A DNA stretch of 54,797 nucleotides, the filler included, from Bipalium vagum (Eukaryota): the NCBI GenBank assembly GCA_037834085.1. It is 3 parts of 3 records of this genome, joined end to end, with 100 filler letters (N's around TTAATTAATTAA, not from the genome) between each part and the next. Parts side by side here need not be neighbours in the genome. Positions count along the whole stretch, not along the records: positions 1 to 18,377 come from JBBMKC010030853.1; positions 18,478 to 36,540 come from JBBMKC010042151.1; 1 more part is not named here. One strand, given 5' to 3'. Positions within the stretch are counted from its first letter, which is position 1. Every line of letters begins with the position of its first letter. Of this stretch, positions 12,401-23,326 are shown piece by piece. Both the position numbers and the translations under genes were made by a program. The notes beneath the pieces were generated by a model, which was not told where the DNA came from, did not search any database, and saw only the letters and a list, made by a program, of their open reading frames with translations.

Positions 12401-15400
12401 AAACAAAAGATAAACTGTTGGAGCGTTGTTGGGAATAAGCTCACGATGTTGCAAAATTTCCTAACCAAAAGTTGCAGGTAAAGCACATTTTCAAGCTATT
12501 ATTCTACTACCTTCAAATTTTAATGATTTGTTAAAGTTTTACTGCCAAACCAAAATCAACTGAACAGTACGATAAAACAATCAATAAGAGTACATTTAAA
12601 CTTTTATTCTCCCTCCTCACAAATTTAATAAATGAAAAAAGTTGTTCTGATGTATTCTGTCAATGAAAACAATTTTTAAAAAATGGCACTATTATTTTAT
12701 TCCAATCTAGTCCAGAACAACACCAGACAGAATGTTATCATGGATTTTAGACAAAACAAACAGAAACTCTTACAATCGATAAGGGTTAGAAAAAAACATT
12801 TACTTTCAGGTTTTTCTTGCGCAAGACTTTCCTCATTAACGTCCAAATTAATGAGCGTACAGCGCCGCTCCGGGATGACGTTATCAAAATATGATGGCAA
12901 ATGGTCACATTTTAAGATTGACAGGGTCCTTTTTAATAAACCATTGATAAAATTCTCCACGTAAATCGGAAGAGGTTGACCTAATGGTGTTATTAGGTGG
13001 CGAAAATTTTTCGATTCAATTGATATCCTTTTAACAATATCAGTAATCGATTTGCGACAGGCCAAATAAAAAACTGCTTTGCAAGATTCCCTAAAACGAA
13101 AAAAAACAAATTCAAACAAAATCGAATCGAATCGATCGATAAACAAATATTTTCCACAGATTTCGATTTAGAAAGGTCGCACACGCTGACAAGCACACAA
13201 AGCAATCACAACGCGAGGCTTGTGATGGTCAACTCAAATGACCAACCAAACCAAAGTGCACTCATAATCATCACTCAATTATTTTTCATCAAATGATGAG
13301 CGCAGAGACAACTATTTGCCACTGTGTGTTGTCACATGATTGACGTGTGTGTCTCTTTGTGTTTCATGCCGGTAAGTATTACATATAAAAAGATAATGGA
13401 GCCAAATCAGTAAATCAATATTTCACAAAAGCCACTTTAACGAGTCAATATGTATTCAAATTTCGACCGAAATGTAAATGAGAATGTAATTTCAATTTAG
13501 CATAATTAGCACAGTTGTCACATGACTTCAATTGAAAATAATTTCACCAACGAAAAAGAGAATGGTATGATATAATGATAATAATAATGAAAACAATAAA
13601 AATAAAAAAAATTTAAGGTGTGGAAATTTAAGTAATACCTTAAGGTAAAAATAAATTGAAAAAGAAATGTTAATGTAACATTGTGAATCCTCAGTTTTAA
13701 AAGATTTAGCAGGAAACAGTTTCAGAGAGAACTAAAATTAAATTCAATAATTATTGTTATTAATTAAAATGCAGAAAAAAATTAAAATAATGGTGATGAA
13801 TAATTGTGAAAAAAACTTTAATCTTTCAAATTGACTTAATAAAATAAATATTCAAAATTAATTAAAAATAAAATTGAAAAAACCAGGTTAAGATTTAGAA
13901 AAATATCTCGATACCTTGATCAGTTTTGAAAGTATTGATAATGTTACAGAACATCTCTCAGATTAAAGAAGAAATAAGTGTTTTTTTAGAAAATATTAAT
14001 ATTTTTTCAAAATTGTCCCAATTTTGAATTAAATGAATGTTTAATTGTTAACATTTTTAATGAAAATTAATATCGCACCAATCAACTGAGATATGCAACC
14101 AGAACGGTACTTTTTTTGAAAAGGTTATATAGTTTTGTAGAAAATTTAAACAACCAAACAAGTGTCAGATTCAATATTATAATTCAACTCTTTGTAATTT
14201 AAATGAAACAATATTTGATAATTTAAAGAGTAATTATAACAAATTATCGAAGACATCTTTCACAAACACAAAGATCTTAATCAAATTCATATAAACCCTG
14301 AAAAAACAATAGTATTGTGAAATTGTATTTTTCACTGAGAACGGTTTATTATTAATATTTTCTGTTTATTTTTTATTGATGTTACTTTTATTTTCTTTTA
14401 TAGTCTCAAATTTGAAAATTTTTTAAATTGACCTAAAACTTTTTCAACTGTAGAATTAACCGGGGTGATACGAAAAATCAAATGATTTCAGAAATATTTT
14501 TTGAAAAGATAATCTCAATTTCCCATAGGTCAAATAAAAATATCTTTTCATTATTAGACATAATGTTTCAGATGAAAGCTAAAAGGACGAATTATTGTAT
14601 TTTGATATTTTTTTTAATTCATAAGCTCATTATTGATTGATATATTACACATTGAAAGTTCTTAGGAATTATTGAATAAAAATTCGTAGATAATTAGTAT
14701 TGTGGAAGATATTTTAAATTAAAAATACAGTGTGTTTCATAAATATATATTCGAGCTTTAATTTATTGATCCAAGCGTTTTTTTGTACAAAAAATATACT
14801 ATTAAAAAATGTCTATCAACAATTTTAAGTAATAATATATTAAAATAAACTTTAATATATTATTACTTTCAAACTTTCTGACAAAGATCTACTAAAATCA
14901 TCCTGATTTCTCCTAACGTTTTCAAAATACAAAATATTTATATTTTCCAATGATGTATCTACAATAATATATAAAAATGATTCATGTTCATTGACAAATT
15001 TTTATTTGTTTAAAAGCATATGCATATTTATGAAACATCCTGTATAAAGGAAGAATTCAATATTATTTGAAAAGTTTTAAATTTTTAATCAATCTTGAAA
15101 TAAATTTATGAATTACATACCTATAGATATTAACATGGTAACTAAGTACATCAGAAAATTATGCTCATTGAACACTGTTATTCTGTACGTAGCTTTTTTA
15201 CCTGGAAAAACGATATTCGTAGAAAACAAACGAAACGAATATTCATTTATCAATTGAAGTTGATTTACAACGGATAGTCCCAAAAAAATAGAAAAATTAA
15301 TAAAAGAATTCTAGAAATGTCTTTAAATAATCGAGCTCCGGTAGAAACCGACAAATGAAAGAAATTTTTAAAATATTTTTATATTTTACCTATTCTTTAT

Positions 15401-17457
15401 ATTTTAAAATTATTTTATTATTTTAATTTTATATTTTTATATATTAATTTTTTTATTATTTATAGTTTTTAAATTATTTCTTTAAACTTTTTAATTAAAA
15501 TTTTATATTTATTTATTTATTTAGATTTTTTTCTATTTATTTTATTGTAATAAAAATAATAAAATAAAAATAAGCACCCAAATATTAAATTTAAACAAGC
15601 ACTCAATGAGGCCAGTCATCGCTTTAAGAAAAATTGAAAAAACGTTTTACCTGCAAGGTTTGGAAAGGTAATAATGAGTTTCGTTACAAAAGGGAAACAA
15701 AGTAGAGCACACGAGTCTCTTGAATCTGTCGATACATTCTGCTTCGTAATAATCATAAATAACATTGTCCAAGATGTAAAAGATTTTTTTTAATATTTTA
15801 TCCTCAATTTCACGAGTTTTGTCATGAGTAAAATATACAGTTGATGTTTTTGAAAATTTCAATGAACTACACAATTTATAGGTCTCAAATCCACACTTTG
15901 CACTATAAGATGGAAGATTATTTCAAATAGTAATCGATTAAATAAAGTTTACTTTACAAATATTTCTTCGTCAGTCAGCAACCCTGGGAAATTAGTTAAA
16001 ATTAACAATGATAACAACAATATTATTACAATTAATTTTTGGAAAGATTCTCATAAGTATAAAAACAATTTGCAATGAAATGTTGATTTTGTATAACTAT
16101 AGAAAAGTTTCACATTACTGGTCACCGGACTATTATGCTAAAACCCCTTGGTCATTTTCCTATCCTATTTTACATTGTTCATGAGACAATTTAAAGAAAT
16201 ATCAGAGCTTAGACTACGAAAAGACTCTACATCATTTTCAAAATAAAAATTTAGATCAATAAGGTTTAAGGGTGGTGATTCGTAGTTTAAAGCTAGTATC
16301 ATTCATTACAGCCTTTTGAATTCAGGTGAAATGATTACTTAAAATAAAAATTATTAACACACATACTATATGTACTAAGAACAGTGACATCTATTTATTG
16401 ATAAAAAAGAAATAAACTAATGAAATGAGTGATCACAAACTGCACAATTAACTTTTCAAAAATTGAACTATATAGGATATTAAACATTATTTATTTTGGT
16501 ACATCCAACCATCCCCTCCCCATAACCTTTATTAAAATCTCTATAAGTTTCTGAAGACTCGGAACTGTCGAAAACATATGAAGATCTTAATGCATTTAAT
16601 TCCAAAAAAATATTTGTTGAAATACTTTCAAAGCGCATTATTATTAGATCATTGCAAAAATTATGATGCGATTCAAAAAAATTAAAGACTAAATTAAAAT
16701 AAAACAACTTTATTACATGGTATTTCAATTCTATAGTCTCATCATTTAAAATTTAAATGTACTAATAAAAAATTCAGCTATACTATAGATTCAATGTAAA
16801 AGCCATATAAGAATATTACATATATTATATATGACGTTTATAAAACAAGATCATATAAGAACATAATATATATAACATGATGTTTATAAAATCTTATATG
16901 AACGGTTTTTTTCTTCTTGCCAAATCCAATCAAAAAAATTATTAATGTAAATTTTGTTAAGAAACCAAATAAACCAGAACATAAATACCTTCTCTTTTTA
17001 TGGAAATATATGCGACCACTGATAATATATCAGTTCCAGATTCCACTCTGCATTCAATTTTCGTGTCATCAATAATATGAAAAGGTTTAGGATCTGTGAC
17101 CTATAAATCAAAAAATTTTTTTGAAAACTTAAGATACTTCTGAAATGAAGATAAGCAAAAAATTGAAAAATGAATTCTACCTTCTCGATCTTTTTTTACA
17201 TTATGTTTTTCATATTTTTTAAATGAATACTACATTTTGGACAGGTATTTCAATGATTATCATAATTGAAATAGTAAATAATAAAAATTTTCTTTAATGA
17301 AGTAATATTAAATATAAAAGACCAACCATTTTGTCATTAACAAAATACATGAGTTTCACAATTGAAAGATCACCACCTCCGGCCAAACATTTAATTGAAT
17401 ATAATGTATTGTTTACTACTGTTTCATTTCTTGGAGTATTTGTTAACATCAAGGGAC
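79..17457 (-). CDS. Ror/MuSK-class receptor tyrosine kinase (Ig-Fz CRD-Kringle-TM-TK), multi-exon, partial at both ends
   Basis: Hand-built exon chain with matching phases: 17457-17327, 17100-16989, 15983-15953, 15902-15651, 13090-12804, 8502-8189, 7226-7051, 3729-3491, 2121-1942, 415-79. The domain order is diagnostic of the Ror/MuSK/Nrk family. The kinase continues left of the window after LIHR. Confidence 0.9.
969..1537 (+). mobile_element. Merlin (ISXO2/IS1595-like) DNA transposon, internally deleted
   Basis: TIRs GGAACATGTTTAGTTTTCAACC / GGACCATGTTTAGTTTTCAACC; 8-bp TSD AAATTTTC (961-968, 1538-1545); decayed transposase RSAATLLPII..DEWKAY..HRTVN..FVNKETGATIQRIESIW..YLAEWTWR. Confidence 0.9.
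1942..2121 (-). CDS. RTK exon: kinase subdomains II-IV (AVIK...FNRE...LNHPNIIRFYG)
   Basis: ttttcag acceptor, 180 nt, phase 1-1. Beta3 Lys and alphaC Glu are present. The donor is G|GCAAGT. Confidence 0.9.
2392..3028 (-). mobile_element. non-autonomous hAT (Buster/Charlie-type) element
   Basis: TIRs CAGTGATTCCCAAA / CAATGATTCCCAAA; 8-bp TSD ATTTAGAG (2384-2391, 3029-3036); residual transposase C-terminus STYLVERGFS...EPNITKLVAAHQVHPSH*. Confidence 0.9.
3491..3729 (-). CDS. RTK exon: Gly-rich loop LGKGEYGEIV plus long insert
   Basis: cattag acceptor, G|GTGAGA donor, phase 2-1; GxGxYG motif. Confidence 0.9.
7051..7226 (-). CDS. RTK exon: transmembrane helix and juxtamembrane
   Basis: SGIGTALILLLVLITLFIILWY followed by the basic stop-transfer KRILISRKKK; gacag acceptor, GG|GTGAGA donor. 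Confidence 0.88.
8189..8502 (-). CDS. RTK exon: Kringle domain
   Basis: KCFHKTGRNYFG...RCISW...NFCRNPGG...PMC...PCSDIGDC with six Cys; tttcag acceptor, GCG|GTAATT donor in phase 0 matching the TM exon. Confidence 0.92.
9245..10009 (-). mobile_element. mariner remnant (5' half, truncated)
   Basis: Decayed HTH region (LADIFGVHSTTVCDHLKQIGKVK), TCDEKWI motif, and a TIR-like end TATTACGTTGAGGGAAAAGTA. Confidence 0.8.
10806..12095 (+). mobile_element. full-length mariner (DD34D), Hsmar1/cecropia-like, 1290 bp
   Basis: 30-bp TIRs T(A/T)AGGTTGGTGCAAAAATAATGCATCTTTT with TA target duplication at both ends. Confidence 0.96.
10999..12021 (+). pseudogene. mariner transposase with two nonsense codons and no frameshift
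   Basis: WVPHEL, TSDEKW, QDNARPH and HPPYSQDLAPTDFHFF motifs. ORFs 10999-11571 and 11587-12003 are in the same frame, with stops at 11569 and 12001. Confidence 0.93.
12181..12490 (-). mobile_element. mariner 3' fragment, highly decayed
   Basis: Minus-strand remnants of the transposase C-terminus (..LFRSIQISLTDARFR...FFYTGIHSLPKKWR) ending in a TIR-like sequence. Confidence 0.55.
12804..13090 (-). CDS. RTK exon: Frizzled CRD, second half
   Basis: (R)ESCKAVFYLAC...KCDHLP...RRC supplies CRD Cys7-10; ttttag acceptor, A|GTAAAT donor, phase 2-1. Confidence 0.88.
14459..15043. mobile_element. possible Tc1/mariner-type MITE remnant
   Basis: Ends resemble CAGGGTG-type TIRs (CCGGGGTGATACG...TGAAACATCCTG-TA); degenerate. 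Confidence 0.3.
15651..15902 (-). CDS. RTK exon: Frizzled CRD, first half
   Basis: AKCGFETYKLC...ECIDRFKRLVCSTLFPFC...KPCR supplies CRD Cys1-6; cttatag acceptor, AG|GTAAAA donor. Confidence 0.9.
15953..15983 (-). CDS. RTK 31-nt linker exon (GLLTDEEIFVN)
   Basis: ttcccag acceptor and AA|GTAAAC donor; phases 1-2 bridge the Ig and CRD exons; followed by a 50-nt intron. Confidence 0.75.
16989..17100 (-). CDS. RTK exon: Ig-like domain, C-half (TKIECRVESG)
   Basis: tttatag acceptor, G|GTATTT donor, phase 0-1; contains the second Ig Cys. Confidence 0.82.
17327..17457 (-). CDS. RTK exon: Ig-like domain, N-half (PRNETV...YSIKCLAGG)
   Basis: ttctag acceptor, ATG|GTTGGT donor, phase 1-0; I-set-like P-x-N-x-T-V...C pattern. 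Confidence 0.8.
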
Positions 17458-17570
17458 CTAGAATATTGATGTCAAATTATTTTTTAACAAATGATAACTA
17501 TACGAAATATATAAGTATATATAGATATATCATAAAATTTACAAATCGATAATAATAATATTTCGAAAAA

Positions 17571-17574
<4 letters not shown>

Positions 17575-17648
<74 letters not shown>
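17575..17648. repeat. (ATT)n microsatellite
   Basis: Seen directly. Confidence 0.95.
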
Positions 17649-17695
17649 AATATTATACATTTTGAAGTATAAAAATTTAAGAGAAAATTCTAAAC

Positions 17696-17893
17696 ATTTT
17701 AATTTAGATTTCTGAGTCAATGAAAGTGAATCTGTTTCAAAAAAAGACTGATTGAGAAAGTACACAAAATAAAAAGATACACATCGGTATTCAAACAAAT
17801 TTCCTTTCATTCTTTGATGTAGGAAATTATTAGTTTTGTTTATAATTAGTTTTACAGCTTTTGAATCAAGAATTGAAAAGCTCGAGTTAAAAA
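17696..17893 (-). CDS. possible further RTK exon (another Ig-like half, ...GNLFEYRCV...)
   Basis: attacag acceptor and an open frame with a YxC Ig-like motif. The donor is uncertain. Confidence 0.35.
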
Positions 17894-18377
17894 CTGTAAT
17901 TGTACAGAATACGCTTATGATTATATTTTTATATCAAAATATATATTGAGACGGAACTCAATTTTCTCTATTAATATATTTTCTATTGATTTTCAGACAA
18001 TTATTATACTGAACTCTTTCGAGGCCACCGAAACCAAAAATTTCATAATGAAACGTCATAAAATAAGAAATCATAGTTTCCCACTTGCTTAGAATTTAAT
18101 TTTTTTCTCAGTAACGTTTTCAATAGAAGTTAGTTTAGAAATTTGACAGACAACCTTTAAAAAAAGAAATAAAAACAAATCTTTAAATAATAATTTATTG
18201 AATATATAAATAAAAAATTTCAATGTAAATTTCAATTGCGAATTAATGAAGGAAATCTAAAGTTGATATTAAAAGAATGTTTGAAAATATAATTTCATAA
18301 TATATTGGGTTGAGTAAAAAGTCTTTTCGTATTTTTAAGAAAAATTGAAAGTCATTTTTTTATTATTACAAAACATT

Positions 18378-18477
18378 NNNNNNNNNNNNNNNNNNNNNNN
18401 NNNNNNNNNNNNNNNNNNNNNTTAATTAATTAANNNNNNNNNNNNNNNNNNNNNNNNNNNNNNNNNNNNNNNNNNNN
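18378..18477. other. artificial contig linker N44-TTAATTAATTAA-N44
   Basis: Exactly 100 nt with a central six-frame-stop spacer. Confidence 0.95.
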
Positions 18478-18487
18478 TTTTATTTCC

Positions 18488-18488
<1 letters not shown>

Positions 18489-18554
<66 letters not shown>
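18489..18554. repeat. (TAA)n microsatellite
   Basis: Seen directly. Confidence 0.95.
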
Positions 18555-18557
<3 letters not shown>

Positions 18558-18567
18558 CGATTAATCA

Positions 18568-18961
18568 TGTGGGTTAATTTTTTAATTAATATCTAACTCC
18601 ACATTTTATAATTTTATTTAACTTTTATTTTATTTTAAAATGATTATTATTTATAAAATTAAAATATTAAATTATTTAAATAGTTTTTTTCCAACATAAA
18701 ATTTAAATTCAGGTACATTTTACAGAATAATTAAAATAAGAAATAAGGTCTTACGAATCCGCTTCATGCACAAAATTAATTCAAATATCAAATTCAAATG
18801 TTTTAAATGTTCCTAGTATCGATTACTTATTTCAGAGAGCTGTCATCATTCTCCATCGGCTCTTCAAGTTTCTTGATATCGTGATTTCTGGAAGATTTTT
18901 CTTGGGATTTTGTGTTGGATCTGTCTGATTTTTTACCAGTTTTTTTCTATGGATCCCAACA
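18568..18961 (+). mobile_element. dispersed solo-LTR-like repeat, copy A
   Basis: Termini TGTGGG...TCCCAACA; colinear similarity to 39810-40139 (TTAATTAATATCTAACTCCAC, CTTACGAA, GAGAGCT..CTCCATCGGCTC, TTTTTACCAGTTTT, GGATCCCAA). Confidence 0.7.
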
Positions 18962-19350
18962 ATATTATTATATTTTCATTTCTATCATTAATTGTGTTTT
19001 ATTTTTACTGCAACAAATAAAAATATTTTAATTGAAAAAATATTTTTTTTAATTAAAAATTAAAATTGAATTAAAAAATTAAAATTTAAATGAATAAAAT
19101 GTAATTTAAATTGTAAAAATTAAAATAAACTAATTAATTTAAAATATAACAGAGATAAAAATAAAATATTTTAAAGTTATTTAAAATATTAAAAAATAAT
19201 TTAAATTAACTGTACTTTTTAAATTAAAAATCAAAAAATATATATGCATTAATTATTACCAATTAAAATTGAGATAAAATTCAAAAAATATGATCTTTGC
19301 ATTATTTATCAATAATGATAATATCTTAACAAAACTATAATAATTTACTA

Positions 19351-20907
19351 ATGACCATGGATACCAAAGAAACTTTTGATTGCTGTGCTTGCATGAACGA
19401 GGTGGATATATCTGATCAAGTAACGACCGAATGTAATCATGTATTCTGTTTCCAATGCTTACAACAGTGGCTGCCCTCCAACCAGACTTGTCCTTTAGAC
19501 AGAAATGAAGTTTTGAACCTTTACACTTTTCAAAAAGAAAAGAATGAAAAAGCACATATTTCAATTGCACTTTTTCTCTATCCTGAGTTGTGTCAGAGAC
19601 TTAAAGATTTTATCACGGAAGGTTTCACAAAGAATAAAAATGCGTTAACATTGACTTTCAACTTCCATAAAGATTTCAAACAAAAATTACAGTCATTGAA
19701 AGACAATTTTAAAATCTTTGGTAAAAAACAGTTCCGAAATTGGCTTATCAATCAAAACGACTTTTCGGATAGAAGTATTGACGAATTTATTAAAACCCTT
19801 TTACCAAATGTCAAAGACTTCTTTGACCACTTTGAAAACTACTTGGGAAAGATTAAGTCTTTTCATCTTGAGATCAAAGAAGATGTTCTAAGCGCTATGA
19901 ATATGAAGGCTCTCAAAGAGTTTCATAAAGGAATTGTCACAAATCATATATTTAAAGAAATATTCCATCATATTTTTTCGGTTTACTGTATAATGTTTAA
20001 CCCTTTTGCGTCCGTTATAGAAAAAACTCTTAATGGATGTGACAAATCAGATAGTTTAAAAAGCGATTTAAAACCTTTATTTGATGTTGTCTGTAATAAA
20101 AAAAAAGTCACCAATTTAGCAGAGAAATATCTCAACTATTCCAAATCGATCATACTAAGATCATCAATGATTTTCGAGGTAGGTTTCTCAGAAATATTTG
20201 AGGATTCCCTCTACTATTGCTTGGTCTGCAATTGTTACCTTGATAAAACCATGACCATCTCCTACAAAGACTGTCAGCATAAAGTCTGCAGAGACTGCTT
20301 CCAAAGATTCTATCTAAAAAAGATCCAGTGTCCATTTCACGGGATTATTACTGAGAATTCCAATGTGATTGATACTGAGAGAGCTCATATCTGTTTAGTG
20401 AAAGAGCAAGAGAATATCCTTTATCAAATGATAGACTTGTTTAGTGAAACCTTTCTCATCATAAAAAATTGGTTGAAAAATATTTTTATAGGCTCGCTCT
20501 TAGAACAAGATGTGTACGATATTTCTATATTAAATGATCATAACCATGCCATTAAGTACAAAAATATTGAATTAGATTTTTCTATTATGGTGGAAAACTG
20601 GAAGATCTTTACATCAGAAGAATCAAGAAATGATGTATTTTTTACGTGCAGCAATCACATCTTCAATAGTTATAAAAGTATACTATTAAACACTCTAGTC
20701 CTTCAGAGGTGTCTAAGATCACCAGACAAGGAAAAACTTGATAAAACTTCAGTGATTGATAGTTTCAAGATTGATATAATTAATTTGCTTATAAGAACCG
20801 AAGAAAGCTTGAATGAAACATATTCAGAAACAAATAATCTCAAAATAGTGATGCAAAAATTTAATGCGTTAATTAAAAGTATTCATTCTGATTTATCTGA
20901 ACTATAA
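19351..20907 (+). CDS. intronless tandem double-RING protein (putative E3 ubiquitin ligase), 518 aa
   Basis: Uninterrupted 518-codon ORF in very AT-rich DNA. RING-A at aa 11-50 (CCAC..CNHVFCFQC..CPLD) and RING-B at aa 290-330 (CLVC..CQHKVCRDC..CPFH). AATAAA at the stop. Confidence 0.92.
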   Translation: MTMDTKETFDCCACMNEVDISDQVTTECNHVFCFQCLQQWLPSNQTCPLDRNEVLNLYTFQKEKNEKAHISIALFLYPELCQRLKDFITEGFTKNKNALTLTFNFHKDFKQKLQSLKDNFKIFGKKQFRNWLINQNDFSDRSIDEFIKTLLPNVKDFFDHFENYLGKIKSFHLEIKEDVLSAMNMKALKEFHKGIVTNHIFKEIFHHIFSVYCIMFNPFASVIEKTLNGCDKSDSLKSDLKPLFDVVCNKKKVTNLAEKYLNYSKSIILRSSMIFEVGFSEIFEDSLYYCLVCNCYLDKTMTISYKDCQHKVCRDCFQRFYLKKIQCPFHGIITENSNVIDTERAHICLVKEQENILYQMIDLFSETFLIIKNWLKNIFIGSLLEQDVYDISILNDHNHAIKYKNIELDFSIMVENWKIFTSEESRNDVFFTCSNHIFNSYKSILLNTLVLQRCLRSPDKEKLDKTSVIDSFKIDIINLLIRTEESLNETYSETNNLKIVMQKFNALIKSIHSDLSEL

Positions 20908-22279
20908 ATAAATTATTTTTAGTATTTTATTTTTTATTCTTTATTAATAATAATAATAAAAATTATTTAATATTTAAATTTGTTTTTTTTCATTTTTTGA
21001 GATTTGAGTTTTGCTTTACTATATAACATGTAGTCTGTCAAACGCCTAACTTTAACTTATACGCAAATGATAGCAAAAACCTTGTTATTAACTATTGATT
21101 TGATTTGGTCTATAAATACTAATCTATTGAAAAATGACATTACTAATCAATAGTAAATTAAATTAGAATCTGGTTCCAAAAGAATCAAATGCAATTCACA
21201 ATAATAATCAATACAATAAACATTAAGGCGACTCGAATGTATTTGTAATATTACAATTAAATTAAAGATCTATCACTTCGAAGGTAAGTGATGAGCTATT
21301 CTGATAAGAACTACATTTCCACTGACTAGTTTAATGGAAATACAAAAAGGAAAACGAAAGTGACAAGTAAAAAGCATAATGTTAATTACTTGAATTGATT
21401 GGTTTTCATCAATTCTAACTTTATTCCTTAACGACGGTCGCAACTATGCTTACCGTGAGATTACCGGGAAATAGTTGAGAGTCTATTTCTGATTTTAGTT
21501 TTTGAATCTGCAGTTCGGTGTGTTAAACTCCTATATGTTGTCATTCATACTATATTACATTAACCTAACTGAATGACGTTATGCTTATAATATTTCGGCA
21601 AAACCTCATCTTTTCATGTTTCGCTTGGCTTAAGGTTAGGACTCATTGATTCTCTTGAGTCCTAATTTTGCCATAGCTAGCTGAATTAAACTGGTTTATA
21701 TTCAATTTTCAATTAATTAATTAATTAACTTATTATTTATTATTATTCCTTAAAATTCTTATTTAACCTATTCCTTGTTACATTATGAGGTTAGTTTAAT
21801 TATTATTTTTATTTTCAATTAATTTTTGGATCACTGAATGAAACAAATGTTACTTTGTACCTGGAAAAAGTTGAAATGTTTAAATAAACTTTCAGTACAA
21901 TTTGAGCCACACAATATATATGAAAGTGATTTTATCAAATGTCAGTAGATTTAATCAAATATAAAAAACAATCAACAAGACGATTAAGTTATTATTATCA
22001 AATGAAAGTCGGTTTAAGTAATTAATACATTTTAATTACAAGTAATGACGCAATGTGTGTGATCCTGTTTCAATATAAATAGCTTTACATTTACCAAATA
22101 TAAATAACCTGGTGAGTATGTTGACTTTTGTTTTTACACATTCAAGATCATTTGGGATTCCTAAAACTTTTTAAGCTGTCTTTAAATAAGCTGTAAAAAT
22201 AATTAATCATTAGTAATTATAACTGATCTTATTTAATACAAAACAGCAAATCAGGAATTAATAACGTGTATACCTACCA

Positions 22280-23326
22280 TGAACTAGAATGCAGTCATGA
22301 ATACGTGTATGCCATGAATAATATTATTTGCTGATGGTAGCCTGGTAGTTTAAGTTCCATTGCTCCTCGAGAGGCTGTTGAAGATCGTGAATATTTGCAA
22401 TAGGATAGCATAGGTGGTCTATGGGATTTAAGTCTGGCGACATCATTGGTCATGGCAGAATCGCAACGCCCATAATATCAAAATATGTCATTGTTGCTCG
22501 CTTAGTGTGGCAGCATACATAGTCTTGGTGTAAGATTTTGTCAGACATATCTAGAACAAAAGAAACCGCTTCTACAGATAATACCCCCCCAATGAAACGT
22601 TTTGAGTCCAATATTCCTTTGTTGAAAATTGCTTGGGATTTCCTATTATAGATAATTTCTGTCAATACCACCATTTCGATTATGCTCTTGGATACAACTG
22701 CCCTTGAATTTTTCAGCTGGAAACCTGTGAAATACTATTCGTCCGTCATTAAACTCAACGGTGAAGCGTAATTCGTCCGGGAAAATTTATTTCCTTCAGA
22801 ACACAATCTTTATCTTGATACTAGTTGCACCATTTTAGGTTATGATTTAGATGAGTGGTTGTCAATGAAATGCGTACAAGTGGCTTATGAAAACCAGACC
22901 CTAGTTCCAAGTCTCTTCGTTTTTAACATTCACCTGAAGATTTGCACACCCAAGTTATATTGCAGTATACGATATGAACGAGATCTGTCAGGAATAATTT
23001 CCATACAGATAGATCGATCATCTGGTGCATTATTCAGACAAAGTCTTCCTAATCGAAGAGCAATAGCTGCTAATTCAGTTGATGCCATTTTTTCCAAAAA
23101 AGTGATACTGTTCCTTGAGAACATCTAACTATATTAGCAGCAAATCCTTGAAAACAACCTCCTTCTAACAAACCAATAATTCGTCCACCAAATAGCTTAT
23201 CAAGCTCATTGTCACCAATCTTTCTTGGCATAATTACTCCTTAGAATTATAGTAAACAAACGCAAATATAAAATGATTAAATTAAACTAACACAAATGAA
23301 TTAATTACTTTTGGCCACAAGTGTAT
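22280..23326 (-). mobile_element. decayed Tc1-like transposon
   Basis: ATG at 23231: MPRKIG...GRIIGLLEGG...VSLFWKKW, then FPDELRF..DGR and LHQD..H..T..GVAILP*PMMSPDLNPIDHL; many stops and frameshifts. Confidence 0.85.

Noticed and set aside
13290-13345. ATGATGA as a C/D snoRNA C box
   Set aside because: No CTGA D box, and it is antisense to the host intron.
16480-16728. 82-aa minus-strand ORF inside the RTK as an extra exon
   Set aside because: The exon chain is phase-consistent without it, and no domain motif is recognisable.
17484-17695. poly-Ile stretch of ORF 17484-17810
   Set aside because: Translation of the (ATT)n microsatellite in intronic sequence.
22450-23128. short ORFs as a possible endogenous viral element
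   Set aside because: Translation across frames shows Tc1 transposase motifs.
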